From assembly GCA_963766735.1 (NCBI GenBank), contig CAVYBU010000003.1, forward strand, positions 160,001 to 224,000: 64,000 nt of DNA, in the 5' to 3' direction. Origin of the DNA: an uncultured Chloroflexia bacterium (GTDB taxonomy: Bacteria > Chloroflexota > Limnocylindria > Limnocylindrales > CSP1-4). Shown one piece after another: positions 27,451 through 38,482 of the stretch. The position numbers and the translations under genes are program-made. Each line of letters opens with the position of its first letter. The first letter of the stretch is position 1. The notes beneath the pieces were generated by a model. The model ran no database searches and was not told the DNA's origin. It worked only from the letters and a program-made list of their open reading frames with translations.

Positions 27451-30400
27451 ATGAACCGCAAGCTGTTGGCCCTGTTGGCCGCATTCGTGATGCTGGTGTC
27501 TGCAGTGACACCCGGCATGGCGAGCGTGAGGACGCCCAGCCCTGACGCGAATGCCGCCCCGGCGCCGGCGTTGCCGGCGAGTCCGGTCGACGAGACCAAG
27601 GTCCCGCATTACTTCGGGCCCTACCCGAACTGGGCAAACAGCCAGTTCACCCTTCCCGACGTCGCCGTTGCGATCGACGGCGACGGTGCCGGCGCTGCCG
27701 CGACCGCAACGGTCGGCGCGAACGGCACCGTGACCGGCATCACGCTGACCGACCCCGGCAGCGGCTACACGGCCGCAACGGTCAGCTTCAGCGGCGCGGG
27801 CGGCACCTCGGCCAGCGCCACCGCCACGGTCGCCGCGTCCGGCGCGGTCACGAGCATCACGCTCGACGCGGCGGGCGCCGGCTACACAGCCCCCACCGTC
27901 TCGTTCAGCGGCGGCGGTGGCAAGGGAACGATGGTCCAGGTTGGCAACAGCCTCCAGGATCGCGCCTACGCGACGGACTTTCCCCCGGAGCCCGCCCCGA
28001 GGCCGGTGTTCGCGATTGTTCCCGGTGCTCTTCCGACGGGTACGCTCACCGACTTCCTCACGTGGAACCAGGCGACGGCTGGCGCAAGCCCCACGCCGTC
28101 AGCGGGCGAGACCTTCGTCGCCTATGTCCTGCGGCCGACGGTGCCGCCTGACCAGTACACGGTCGTCTTCGCCAGCGCCACTGCTGACCGTCCCGGCGTT
28201 GACCGATCCCGCCGTCTCCGAGATGGCGACGTTCCCGGTCGGAAGCGTCGCGGTCCAGGCCGGTGATGTCATCGCGTTCTATGGCGCGGGCATCCCGGTC
28301 GACACCGACGCCGGCGCCGACAAGGTCAGCTACCCGGCGGCCATCCAGCCGATCAGCGGGGCCACGGTCACCTTCGGCGGGACCGACTTCCCGGCCCTTG
28401 GCGGCACGCGCACCTACTCGTTCGCCGCGAGCGTCGTTGATGCTTCCGGCGTCCTGCCGCTGACCCCGGCCACGGCCACCGCGTACGGCAGCGTCGACGC
28501 GATCGACCTGGCCACCGCGGGGACGGGCTATTCGTTCCCGACGGTCGACATCGACTACCCGGATGGAGTCGACGGAGTCCAGGCGACTGCCCATGCCGAC
28601 TGTGTGGAGGCGAACTGCGCCCCGGTCACCGACGGGGAGACGGTCACGATCACTGGGTCGTCGTGGACAACCCCGGGTCCGGCTACTCGGCCGCCCCGAA
28701 CGTCGTGATCCGCAACGGGACGCTCTCCGATCCGATCAACGGCCTCCCGCAGGCTTTGCCCCTGCGACCGCGACGGCCACCCTCGCGATCAGCTCGATCG
28801 TCGTGGACGATCCCGGCGACGGCTACGTCTCGGCCCCCACCGTCACCATCGGCGGCGCGAACACCGCCCCCGCCTCCGCGACAGCGGCCGTGAACGCTGG
28901 CGCGGTCAACGGGCTCACCCTCACGGCCGGCGGCTCCGGCTACATCACGCCGGGCATCAAGAAGTTCGAGGACGCGCTGCCCGGCCTCTGCACGCCGCCG
29001 GCGTGCCCGACCACGGGCAAGTACATCCCGGTCGCGGTGCCCGAGCTCAAGAAGTACGAGGGCATCGAGGCCGACGAGTACGTGATCGGCCTGGTGCAGT
29101 ACCGGACCAGCTTCTCGTCCAGCCTGCCGGACACCCTCGTCCGCGGCTACATCCAGCTGGAGACGCCGGCCAACGCCGACATCAGCCAGCACTTCCCGGT
29201 GACGAACGAGCTGCTCGACGGCACGAAGGTGCCGGTCATGCAGGCCGACGGCGTCACCCCGTGGCTCGCCGTCACGCCGCCGCAGTGGCTGGGGCCGACG
29301 ATCGGCGCGACCAAGGACAAGCCAGTCCGGATCGTCTTCCACAACCTCCTGCCGACGGGCAACGATGGCGACCTGTTCCTGCCGGTCGACACCACGCTCA
29401 TGGGTTCTGGCGCCAACCCGGACTCCATGTCCGATCTCACCGGTAACGGCACCGTCATCGACCCGATCCGCAACCCGCCCTGCACCATCAAGCGCGAGCC
29501 CGGGATCAACCCCAACGAGTGCTTCACGGAGAACCGCGCCACGCTGCACCTGCACGGCGGCATCACGCCGTGGATCAGCGACGGCACGCCGCACCAGTGG
29601 ATCACGCCGGCCGGCGAGGACCACCCCCTGGCCGCAGGGCGTCAGCGTCGGCAACGTCCCCGACATGAACGTCTGCACGGCCACCGACGACGGCTGCCAG
29701 ACCTTCTACTACACGAACCAGCAGAGCGCCCGGCTGATGTTCTACCACGATCATGCGTGGGGCATCACCCGGCTCAACGTGTACGCCGGCGAGGCCGCCG
29801 GGTACCTGATCACCGACGACACCGAGAAGGCACTGCTCGCGTCGGAAACCATCCCCGCCGACCAGATCCCGCTCGTCGTCCAGGACCGGACGTTCGTCCC
29901 CGACGCCGTCCAGCTTGCCCAGCAGGATCCCGACCTGGGACACCGACCGCTGGGGCGGCATGGGCAACTTCTGGTACCACCACGTCTACATGCCGGCCCA
30001 GAACCCCGGCGACCCGAGTGGCATGAGTGCCTACGGGCGCTGGATGTACGGGCCCTGGTTCTGGCCGCCGGCGACCCCGCCGAACGGACCGATCGCCAAC
30101 CCGTACTACAACATGGATCCATTGGGCCCGGACGGGACGCGCGGCACCGCCGATGACTTCTCAACCGAGCTCCTCATTGCCTGCAACCTCGACGACCCGG
30201 CCACCTGGCAGTACGACACCGACCCGTTCTGCGAGCCCAAGGAGATCCCCGGTACGCCGAACATCTCGGTCGGCATGGAGCAGTTCAACGACACGCCGAT
30301 CGTCAACGGCGTCGCCTACCCGACGCTCACCCTCGATCCCAAGGCGTACCGGCTCCGCGTCCTGAACGCGGCCAACGACCGCTTCTTCAACTTCCAGTGG

Positions 30401-32976
30401 TACGTCGGCGAGGACGCCACGGCCAGCACTGACCTGAACGCTGCCGGCGAGTTGATCGGCCCGACCGAGGTCGCCCTCAACCAGGCAGAGGTCGCAGCCG
30501 CCCAGACCGACCCGGTCGTCTTCCCGACCCCGGCCGCGGGTGGCACCGGACCGGACTGGGTCGTGATCGGCACCGAGGGCGGCTTCCTGCCGGCCCCGGT
30601 CGTCAAGGACGGCCAGCAGCCCACCACCTGGATCACCGACCCGACGCGGTTCGACGTCGGCCTCGTGGACAAGTTCTCGCTCCTGCTGGCCCCGGCCGAG
30701 CGGGCCGACGTGATCGTCGACTTCAGCAAGTTCGCCGGCCAGACGCTGATCCTCTACAACGACGCGCCCGCCGCGTTCCCGGCCCGCGTCCCGTCCTACG
30801 ACTACTACACCGGCGCTCCGGACCAGTTCCCGAACGCCGCCCCGGGCATCCTGCCCGGCTACGGCCCGAACACCCGGACCATCATGCAGGTCAAGATCGC
30901 CGACACGGCATCCGCCACGGCGTTCGACCTTCCGAACCGACCAACGACGGCCTCGGCAGCTCCAGGCGGCCTTCCGCCACAAGGCCGACGGCAGCGGCGT
31001 CTTCGAGTCCGGCCAGCACCCGATCATCGTCGGGCAGGCCGCCTACAACTCCGCCTACGGCACCAGCTTCGCCGCCAGCAGCGACTGCAACTCCCCCGGC
31101 AGCACCCTCACCCGGTGCGACGGGTACGTCCGGATCAACGACGGCACGCAACTCAACTCGACCTGGGGCTTCAATACGCTCAAGGCGCCCAACGCCAAGA
31201 TGTCGATGAAGCTCGAGCCGAAGGCCATCCACGACGAGATGAACTCGACGGCGTTCGACGAGTTCGGCCGGATGACGGCAAACCTGGGCATCGAGGCCCA
31301 GCCGCCGACGGTCGGGCAGCAGAACGTCACGCTCTACCCGTACACCAACCCGGCAACTGAGCTCATCGACGCCACGAACCTCCCGAAGAACCACGTCGTC
31401 TACGACGCGGACGGCCTGCCCGTGAGCGACTTGAAGATCCTGCCGATCTCGACGGCCGCCGACGGGTCCCAGATCTGGCGGATCACGCACAACGGCGTCG
31501 ACACGCACCCCATCCACTTCCACCTGTACGACGTTCAGGTCCTCAACCGGGTCGCCTGGGACAACAACCTCAAGCAGGTCGATGCCACGGAGCTCGGCTG
31601 GAAGGACACCGTCCGGATCAGCCCGCTCGAGGACACGATCGTCGCCCTGCGGCCGATCATCCCCGAGCTGCCGTGGGAGCTGCCGAACGCCATCCGGCTG
31701 CTCAACCCGATGATGCCGTCGGGCTTCACGAACCCCGACGCGAACTTCCCGATCCCGTTCAACAACACCGACCCGCAGGGCGTCCCGACGCAGGCGATCG
31801 TCAACGAGCTCGTCAACTTCGGGTGGGAGTACGTCTACCACTGCCACATCCTCTCCCACGAGGAGATGGACATGATGCGGCCGGTCTCGGTGGCGATGCC
31901 GCCGGTGCCGCCGGACGGGCTCACCGCGACGTTCCTTGGGGTTGGCGCCACGCGTCGCGTGGAGCTGACCTGGAACGACAACTCGATCACGGAGACGGCG
32001 TTCCTGGTGGAGCGGTCGACGAACGGCGGTGCCTGGACCACCGTTGGCAAGATCCTGTCACCACTGGACCTGCCGAACATCCACGAACTGCGCAGGTTTG
32101 ACGACTTCACCATCCTGCCGTCCAGGACCTACCGGTACCGCATCGTGGCCGAGAACAAGATCGGCTACCTCGTTCCCTCGGCGCCTTCCCGAGCATGACG
32201 TCACGTCGTCTCGGCTGCGGCGACCGGAGTTCCCGTCGATCCACCGGTGACCGTCGTGACGCCGGCGTCGCTCGACTTCGGAACCGCGCCGGCCGCGCCG
32301 ACCAGCGCTCACGGCGACGCTGCGAGGCCACGGCCCGCAGGTCAGCCTGAGCCGTGGACGTGACAACGCGACCAGCGAGACGCGGCTTCGTCATCGAGCG
32401 CTCCGACCAACGGCGGGGACACCTTCACGCAGATCGCCCGCGCGCCGGCCCGCAACATCACCGGCAACGTCGACCTCGCCGACACGCACGGTCGCCCCCT
32501 GGGTCACGCCGTACGGGTACCGGCGTGGCCGCCGTCAACGTCGCAGCGGACTCGCACCTACTCGAACTCTGCGACACGGTCGACCGGCTGCCGCCCACAC
32601 CGCAGCGGGAACGCCCTCCAGCGTCACGCTGATCGGACACGGGGGTCGCCCCGGCCGCCGCTGACACAACCGTTCCGTCGTGCCGATCACCCAGGACCTT
32701 GGCACCAAGAAGGTCGGCGCCACTACCCTCAAGACCGTGCTGGTGACCAACGACGGTCCCAACCCGCTCATCATCACCTCGGCCACCGCGGCCGCGCCCT
32801 TCAGCAACGTCACGCTCGGGACTTGCTCCACGCCGGTCGCCGTCGGGAAGACCTGCAAGCTCAACGTCACCTTCGCCCCAACTTCGGTGGGGAACTTCTC
32901 GGTGCCGCTGGTGGTGGTGAGTTCCAACGCCACCAACAGCCCGCAGTCGACCCTCCTCACGGCAACCGGGCGGTAG
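27451..32976 (+). CDS. Very large secreted multicopper oxidase (OmpB/MofA-like) with Gly/Thr-rich beta repeats, FN3 and C-terminal Ig-like domains; broken by many frameshifts
   Basis: Signal peptide MNRKLLALLAAFVML; four Cu motifs in order across frames: LHLHGG, FYHDH, HPIHFH, YHCHILSHEEMDMM; FN3 pattern LTWNDNS...YRYRIVA; the last Ig-like ORF (32680-32976) may be part of the same gene. Confidence 0.82.
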
Positions 32977-33003
32977 GGGAGTCCGCCCCTCCGCACCCTT
33001 CAC

Positions 33004-33035
33004 GGCGATGGGATGCGTTCCAGCGTCCCATCGCC
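33004..33035. terminator. Stem-loop downstream of the multicopper oxidase
   Basis: GGCGATGGGA...TCCCATCGCC 10-bp perfect stem. Confidence 0.5.
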
Positions 33036-33257
33036 AAACCCAGCCAGGTGAGTCCCGATCACCGCCAATCCACAACCGCAGCTAGCAGTTCCCCGGCTCT
33101 GGCCTCCGGTCGGCGCCATGATTGGTCAGATCGTCGCCGGCCCCCAATCGAGGGGGTCTGGAGCCCCCATCCACAGGCTCGCCCGGCTTGTGGGGGCGAT
33201 GGATAATAGGTACGTTCGCCCGTTGGCCACGCGGCGGGCCAGGAGGAGCAGGCAATC

Positions 33258-35317
33258 GTGCGTCGGAACCGCCGGATCGCGATCCGGGGCAGTCGCTGGC
33301 AGATGGCCGCCGTCCGCATCATGCGGTTCGAGCTGCGGGCTGTCGTGGTCACGATCCTCGCCTCCGCGCTCATCCTCGGCGCCTATCCGCTCGCGACACC
33401 GACGGTCAATGCGGCGGAGCCGAAGGTGGTGATCATCGTCGGACCGGTCGGCTCCCTGACCGATGCCTACCGGGCCGATGGCGACAAGGCCGCCAAGGCC
33501 GCTCGCGCCGCCGGCGCGGTGGTCGAGAAGATCTACTCGCCGGACGCGACATGGCCCCGGGTCAGGGATGCCCTGCAGGGCGCATCACTCGTCGTGTACC
33601 TGGGTCACGGCAACGGCTGGCCGAGCCCGTACCGGAAGTCGCCCTCGCCCAAGACGCAGAACGGTCTCGGGCTGAACCCGGCGGCCGGCGTCGACGACAA
33701 GGCACACCAGTACTTCGGCGAGGCGTATCTCGCCCGTGACGTTCGGCTGGCACCCCACGCCGTCGTCCTGCTCGTTCACCTGTGCTACGCGTCGGGCAAC
33801 TCCGAGCCCGGCCTGCCCGAGGGCGATCTCGCCACTGGGCAGCAGCGGGTCGACAACTTCGCGGCCGGCTGGCTCGCCGCCGGTGCCGAGGCGGTCCTGG
33901 CCGAGGGCCACGGCGGTCCTGCCTACTACGTCAGCCGGATCCTCGCCGGCGAAGGGACGATCGAGTCGATCTGGCGCAAGGCGCCAACCGCACACGGCCA
34001 CGTGCTTGCGTTCCCGAGCGTGCGGACCCCCGGCATGACCGCGCTGATGGATCCGACGAAGGAATCGAGCGGCTTCTACCGCTCGCTGGTGGCACGCGCC
34101 GAGATGCGCGCAAACGAGGTCGCACGCGGCGCCACGGGCGTGAGGTCCGGTGGCGGCAATGCGACGACACCGGAAGCGACATCGGCCGGACCGACCGTCA
34201 CGGCCGTGACGGTCGACGGTGTCCCGACGGTCGGCTCCGCCCTCCGCGTCACGCTGACGCTCGACAAGGCCGGCAAGAAGCCGGCCCCTGGCCTGGGTCT
34301 CGGCATCCGCTGGGATCCGCTGTCACTCGACCCGTCACCGGTCATCCCCGCGGTTCCCGGCGCGGCGGCCGATGCCGGAACCGACTGCCGACGCCGACCA
34401 GACAGCGTCCGCCCCGCCTCGCCGCACCGTCCGCCGACGCCGGCCCGGCCGCGTCCGATGAGCCCGCCCCTCCGGCCTCGATCGCGCCCCCGGCCGCCGT
34501 CGCAGATGAACCGCCGACGGAACAGGCACCGGCCTCGCCCGACGAGGCGGCGCCGACCAACGCCGTCGATCCCTCGACCGCGGAGGCTGCGTCTCCGATC
34601 GTGGAGACCGACGGACTCCCGGGCGCCCCGCCCATCGTGCTCATCAGCCCGGAGGTCCCGGGCGCCGTCGTCAGCCTGAGCGATGTCAGCGTGAAGAAGT
34701 CCAGCATCTCCGCCGAGCTGGTCACCCCGACGGAGCCGGGCCTGTACCGGCTGGCCGTGTCCATCCACGACGCCGATGGTGTCGCCTTCGACGCGAGGAC
34801 CCAGGAGCGCATCCCGGCCCTCACCGTCAGGGTCACCGGAGAGCTCTCGGCGGTCGTCTCCGCCACCGATCGGCTGAGCGTGGCGGCGGGAGCCACGGTC
34901 GACCTGCCCGTCTCGGTCGCGAACACGGGCCACCTCTCGTGGGTTTCCGGCGTGCTCTGGCAGTCCGTCGACGGCCCCCTCACCACCCCGGCGCTCGGCG
35001 AGTGGTATTCCACGCTGGTGGGCCAGTGGGTTCGCCTGGATGGGTCGGGCTCGGGCTCGGAGACCGTCGCCGCGCGCGCCACGATCCGGCCGCTGCCGGG
35101 TGCCACGGAAGAGGTGTCGCTCGCGCTCACCGCCCCGCCGGAACCGGGTACCTACCTGCTCGTCCTCGATGTGGTCAGCCCACTCTACGGATCGCTGACG
35201 GCCGTCGGCGGTTCCCCCATGGTGGTCAGGGTCGATGTCACCCCGCCCGAGGCCGGGGGCGCAGGACTGCAGCCGATCGAACAACCCCGGAGGCCGGCAG
35301 ACCTCGCGCCAGACTGA
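33258..35317 (+). CDS. Secreted protein with N-terminal His/Cys (clan CD peptidase-like) domain, Pro/Ala linker and Ig-like C-terminus (frameshift near 34380-34440)
   Basis: Signal peptide ending VNA-AEP; VVYLGHGNG and LLVHLCYASG; C-terminal APPEPGTYLLVLDVV; SD AGGAGG. Confidence 0.65.
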
Positions 35318-35356
35318 GTCGCCGAGGGAGCATGGAGATGACGGGACCGTGAACCT

Positions 35357-36310
35357 GTGACCGGGGATGTGCTGGCGCCCGTCCTGACCACGTTCCTCGT
35401 CGTGAACGCGATCCTGCTCATCCGCGCCGGAGCATTGGGTCGACTCAGGCGCCTGGGCCGCGCTGAAGCAGGTCGGCCGCCGGAGCCTCAGCCTGCCGCC
35501 GGTCCGTCCGGGTACCTGGTGGCCGCGGAAGCGGCTGCGCTCGACGCACCCTTCACCCTGGTGGCTGCGGAAGCGGAGGCGCCCGACGGACCCGAGGTCC
35601 AGCGGGCTCAACCATCGACCGGCGGTGACTCGCTCGCGGAGCTCGACGACGAGGCGGCCTGGGACCGGCGCGTCGCCGACGAGACAGCACGAATGCGGCG
35701 GTATCCGCGCCCGGTGACGATCGTCCGCCTCGAGCTCGATGGACTGGAGCGCCTCACGGGACTTCTTGGTGAGGAGGCCGGTGACCGACTCCTCCGGGCA
35801 ATGGCGGATACGGTGCGGCGGCTTGCTCGCGACACCGACCACGTGGCCCGCCTCGGACCAGGAGGCTTTGGGGTTCTCATGCCGGAGACGTCCGAGGAAG
35901 CGGCCGCAGGCTATGTCGAGCGTGTCAGCCGGGCGTGCGAGCTGTGGCTCGAGGCGGGTGCGATCGCGGTCCGCCTGGTCGTAGGCTGGGCGGCGACGTC
36001 GGGCGACGTCGGTCTCCCCGAGATCCAGCGAATCGCGACGGAGCGGATGAACGGAGGCCAGTTGCGCGACCGGCGTCAGGCGGGCGCTGTCGCCGCGCAG
36101 GGTTCCGCACTGAGTCCTTCGGAGCGTCCGCCCTTGGCGGTCGTGCCGGCTGTTCCCTTGGCGGTCGTGCCGGCTGCTCCCGTAGCGGACGTGCCGCCTG
36201 CTCCCGAAGCGGACGTGCCGCCTGCAGCAATCCCGCGATTCGACCCGGACAAGTGTCGTGTCCCCAACTGCGACCATCGGCGAGATCATCGGCGGAACCG
36301 CCAGGGCTGA
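35357..36310 (+). CDS. Degenerate GGDEF domain protein with N-terminal TM helix
   Basis: VTIVRLELDGLE...GEEAGDRLL...ARDTDHVARLGPGGFGVLMPET; GGDEF replaced by GPGGF. Confidence 0.8.
   Translation: MTGDVLAPVLTTFLVVNAILLIRAGALGRLRRLGRAEAGRPPEPQPAAGPSGYLVAAEAAALDAPFTLVAAEAEAPDGPEVQRAQPSTGGDSLAELDDEAAWDRRVADETARMRRYPRPVTIVRLELDGLERLTGLLGEEAGDRLLRAMADTVRRLARDTDHVARLGPGGFGVLMPETSEEAAAGYVERVSRACELWLEAGAIAVRLVVGWAATSGDVGLPEIQRIATERMNGGQLRDRRQAGAVAAQGSALSPSERPPLAVVPAVPLAVVPAAPVADVPPAPEADVPPAAIPRFDPDKCRVPNCDHRRDHRRNRQG
36131..36226 (+). repeat. 24-bp coding tandem repeat x4 (PLAVVPAV-like units)
   Basis: CCCTTGGCGGTCGTGCCGGCTGYT twice followed by two diverged copies. Confidence 0.85.
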
Positions 36311-36372
36311 GCCGGGAGCCAGGGGTGCCGTCGCCGGGGATCCTGGGGCCGGGACTGGGCGGTGCCGGTTGC

Positions 36373-37275
36373 TCAGGGGCCGGCGCGGACGATCAGCACT
36401 GAGCAGGGGGCGTGGACCAGCACGTTCCGGGCCACGCTGCCCAGGAACAGGCGGGCGAGACCGGTGTGGCCACGCGTTCCCATCACGATGGTGCCGGTGC
36501 CCCGTTCATGCGCGAAGCGGACGATCTCCGTGGCCGGGTCGCCCTCGAGCACGATGGGCGTTGCGGTGAGTCCGGCGTCCGCCAGTCGGTGGGCGGCCGT
36601 CTCCGACTCCTCCGCCACCTCTTTCCGGGTCTCGTCCACTGACCTCGTGTAGGACTCCAGCACCTGGTCGTAGAGTCCGGGCGTGAAGCCCGCCGCCACC
36701 GGCACCGCGACCTCGGCGACGGTGAGCACGCTGATCTCTCGATTGGCAAACAGCGGCCACGCGGCAATGACGGCCTCGGCGGTGCGGGCCGAGTTCGAGC
36801 CGTCGTCCGCGAAGGTGATCGCGCCGAGCGTGTCGCCGCGTGCGACGAGCACCGGGCACGGGGCGTGGTCCACGACCTCCGATGCCGTGCTGCCGAGGAC
36901 CATTGTTGCGATCGTGCCGTGGCCGCGGCTCCCGACAACGACCAGGTCCGCCTCCATCGCGCCGGCTTCGTCCACGATCGCGCTTGCCGGCCGACCCCGC
37001 ACAAGGAAGCCCTCGAGGTTCAGGCCCGGGCGCTTGAGGGTGGCCTCTGCCCGCTCGATGGCCTCGCGCAGGTGGCGGCCGTCGCGCTGCGCCTCCGTCT
37101 CGTTGTCGGCTGCGGTGTCGCCCATGGACGCCCACGACATGGAGAGCATGTCGACGAACGGTTGCTGGACCGCGATCACACGGACAACGGATTCGGGGGG
37201 GAGCGGGAGCGTGGAGACGATCTGGGTGGCCCGGTCGCTGGAGACCGAGCCATCGACGGCAAGCAGGATACGCAT
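36373..37275 (-). CDS. Universal stress protein (tandem USP domains)
   Basis: MRILLAVDGS, VVVGSRGHG...LGSTA and VMGTRGHTGL...LGSVA. Confidence 0.92.
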   Translation of the reverse strand: MRILLAVDGSVSSDRATQIVSTLPLPPESVVRVIAVQQPFVDMLSMSWASMGDTAADNETEAQRDGRHLREAIERAEATLKRPGLNLEGFLVRGRPASAIVDEAGAMEADLVVVGSRGHGTIATMVLGSTASEVVDHAPCPVLVARGDTLGAITFADDGSNSARTAEAVIAAWPLFANREISVLTVAEVAVPVAAGFTPGLYDQVLESYTRSVDETRKEVAEESETAAHRLADAGLTATPIVLEGDPATEIVRFAHERGTGTIVMGTRGHTGLARLFLGSVARNVLVHAPCSVLIVRAGP

Positions 37276-37420
37276 CTGGCACCTCCGAACGGGCCAATCG
37301 TCCTTCGACGGTGATGAAGATGGATCGGCCGAACGGCCCCAAGGCCGCGGCCCGTCGGCCCGGCCGGAACCGGCACTCGGCCGCGTCGGAACCCACTGTC
37401 GGCCGGGCCGGAACCAGTCG

Positions 37421-38479
37421 CTAGGTCGCCTCGGCGGCCAGCGAGCCCACGCGCTCGATGAGGCGTCGCAGGAACTCGTCCGCGTCCACCTCGACAGCCA
37501 CGTCCGCATTCGGCGTCCGGCCCCAGAGCCGACGCCAGTCCGCAATCGTCTGTCCATCCGCGACGCCACCGGACGTGTCCACGTCTACGGTCGCAGGAAC
37601 GGATCGGACGAGATCCGGGTCCATGGCCACGGCCGTCACCAGCGGATCGTGGATGAAGGCGCCGTAGAAGCCGTCGCTCCGGGAATGGAATTCGAAGTAG
37701 TAGCGGAGCGCGTCCGCCAAGAACGCGATGATCGGATTGCCGGCTGTGGACCGGACGGCTGGGTCCGGCATCCGGTCCGGGTCCAGGCCCAGGTCCCCCG
37801 AGATCCCGGCGCGGGCCGCCATTGCAGCGACATCAGCGGGCAGGATCCGTGCCCGCTCCGTCACGTCCAGGCCCAGCACCAGGGCCCGTGGTACCCGGGG
37901 ATCCGCGTCCACCGCGGACTGCCAGCCGGCGAAGGCGATCTTCGCGGCCTCCGGGTCGCAATGGACGTTCCACTCCGTGGTGGGTGTCGTGTTGCCCGGG
38001 ACGCGGAAGGCGCCGCCCATCGCGACCCAGCGCCGGAGGAGGCGCGGCAGCTGCGGCTCCACGAGCAGGGCGATCGCGAGGTTGGTGAGGGGGCCGAGGG
38101 TGACGAGCGTGATCTCGCCTGGCCGCCGGCGCGCCTCGGCGACGATCAGGTCCGGGGCGTAGCGGCGCGAGAGTGCCACCGTCGGCTCCGCCAGCTCCGC
38201 GTAGCCGATGCCGTGGGGCCCGTGCGTCTCGGGCGTGATCTCGAGGGGGCGGAGGAGTGGCACTTCGCGCCCGACGGCCACCTCCACGTCGGCCCGGCCG
38301 GCGAGCTCCAGCAGAGCCCGGGTGTTCCGCTGGACGTCCCCTGCGGTGGCGTTGCCCGACAGGCAGGTCACCGCCACGATCTCCGCCTCGGGGCTCGCGC
38401 AGGCGTACAGGAGGGCCAGCGAATCGTCGATCCCGGTATCGACGTCGAGGATCAGGGGCACGCGATCGGCGGTGCTCAA
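37421..38479 (-). CDS. Nucleoside hydrolase (IU-NH/Rih family)
   Basis: DVDTGIDD, THGPHGIG, LGPLTNLA, EWNVHCDPEAA and IHDP motifs. Confidence 0.92.
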   Translation of the reverse strand: MSTADRVPLILDVDTGIDDSLALLYACASPEAEIVAVTCLSGNATAGDVQRNTRALLELAGRADVEVAVGREVPLLRPLEITPETHGPHGIGYAELAEPTVALSRRYAPDLIVAEARRRPGEITLVTLGPLTNLAIALLVEPQLPRLLRRWVAMGGAFRVPGNTTPTTEWNVHCDPEAAKIAFAGWQSAVDADPRVPRALVLGLDVTERARILPADVAAMAARAGISGDLGLDPDRMPDPAVRSTAGNPIIAFLADALRYYFEFHSRSDGFYGAFIHDPLVTAVAMDPDLVRSVPATVDVDTSGGVADGQTIADWRRLWGRTPNADVAVEVDADEFLRRLIERVGSLAAEAT

Positions 38480-38482
38480 CGC

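Noticed and set aside
27660-28950. GxGY repeats resembling phage structural proteins, suggesting a prophage
   Set aside because: They sit inside a signal-peptide-bearing oxidase gene; there are no terminase, capsid or integrase genes
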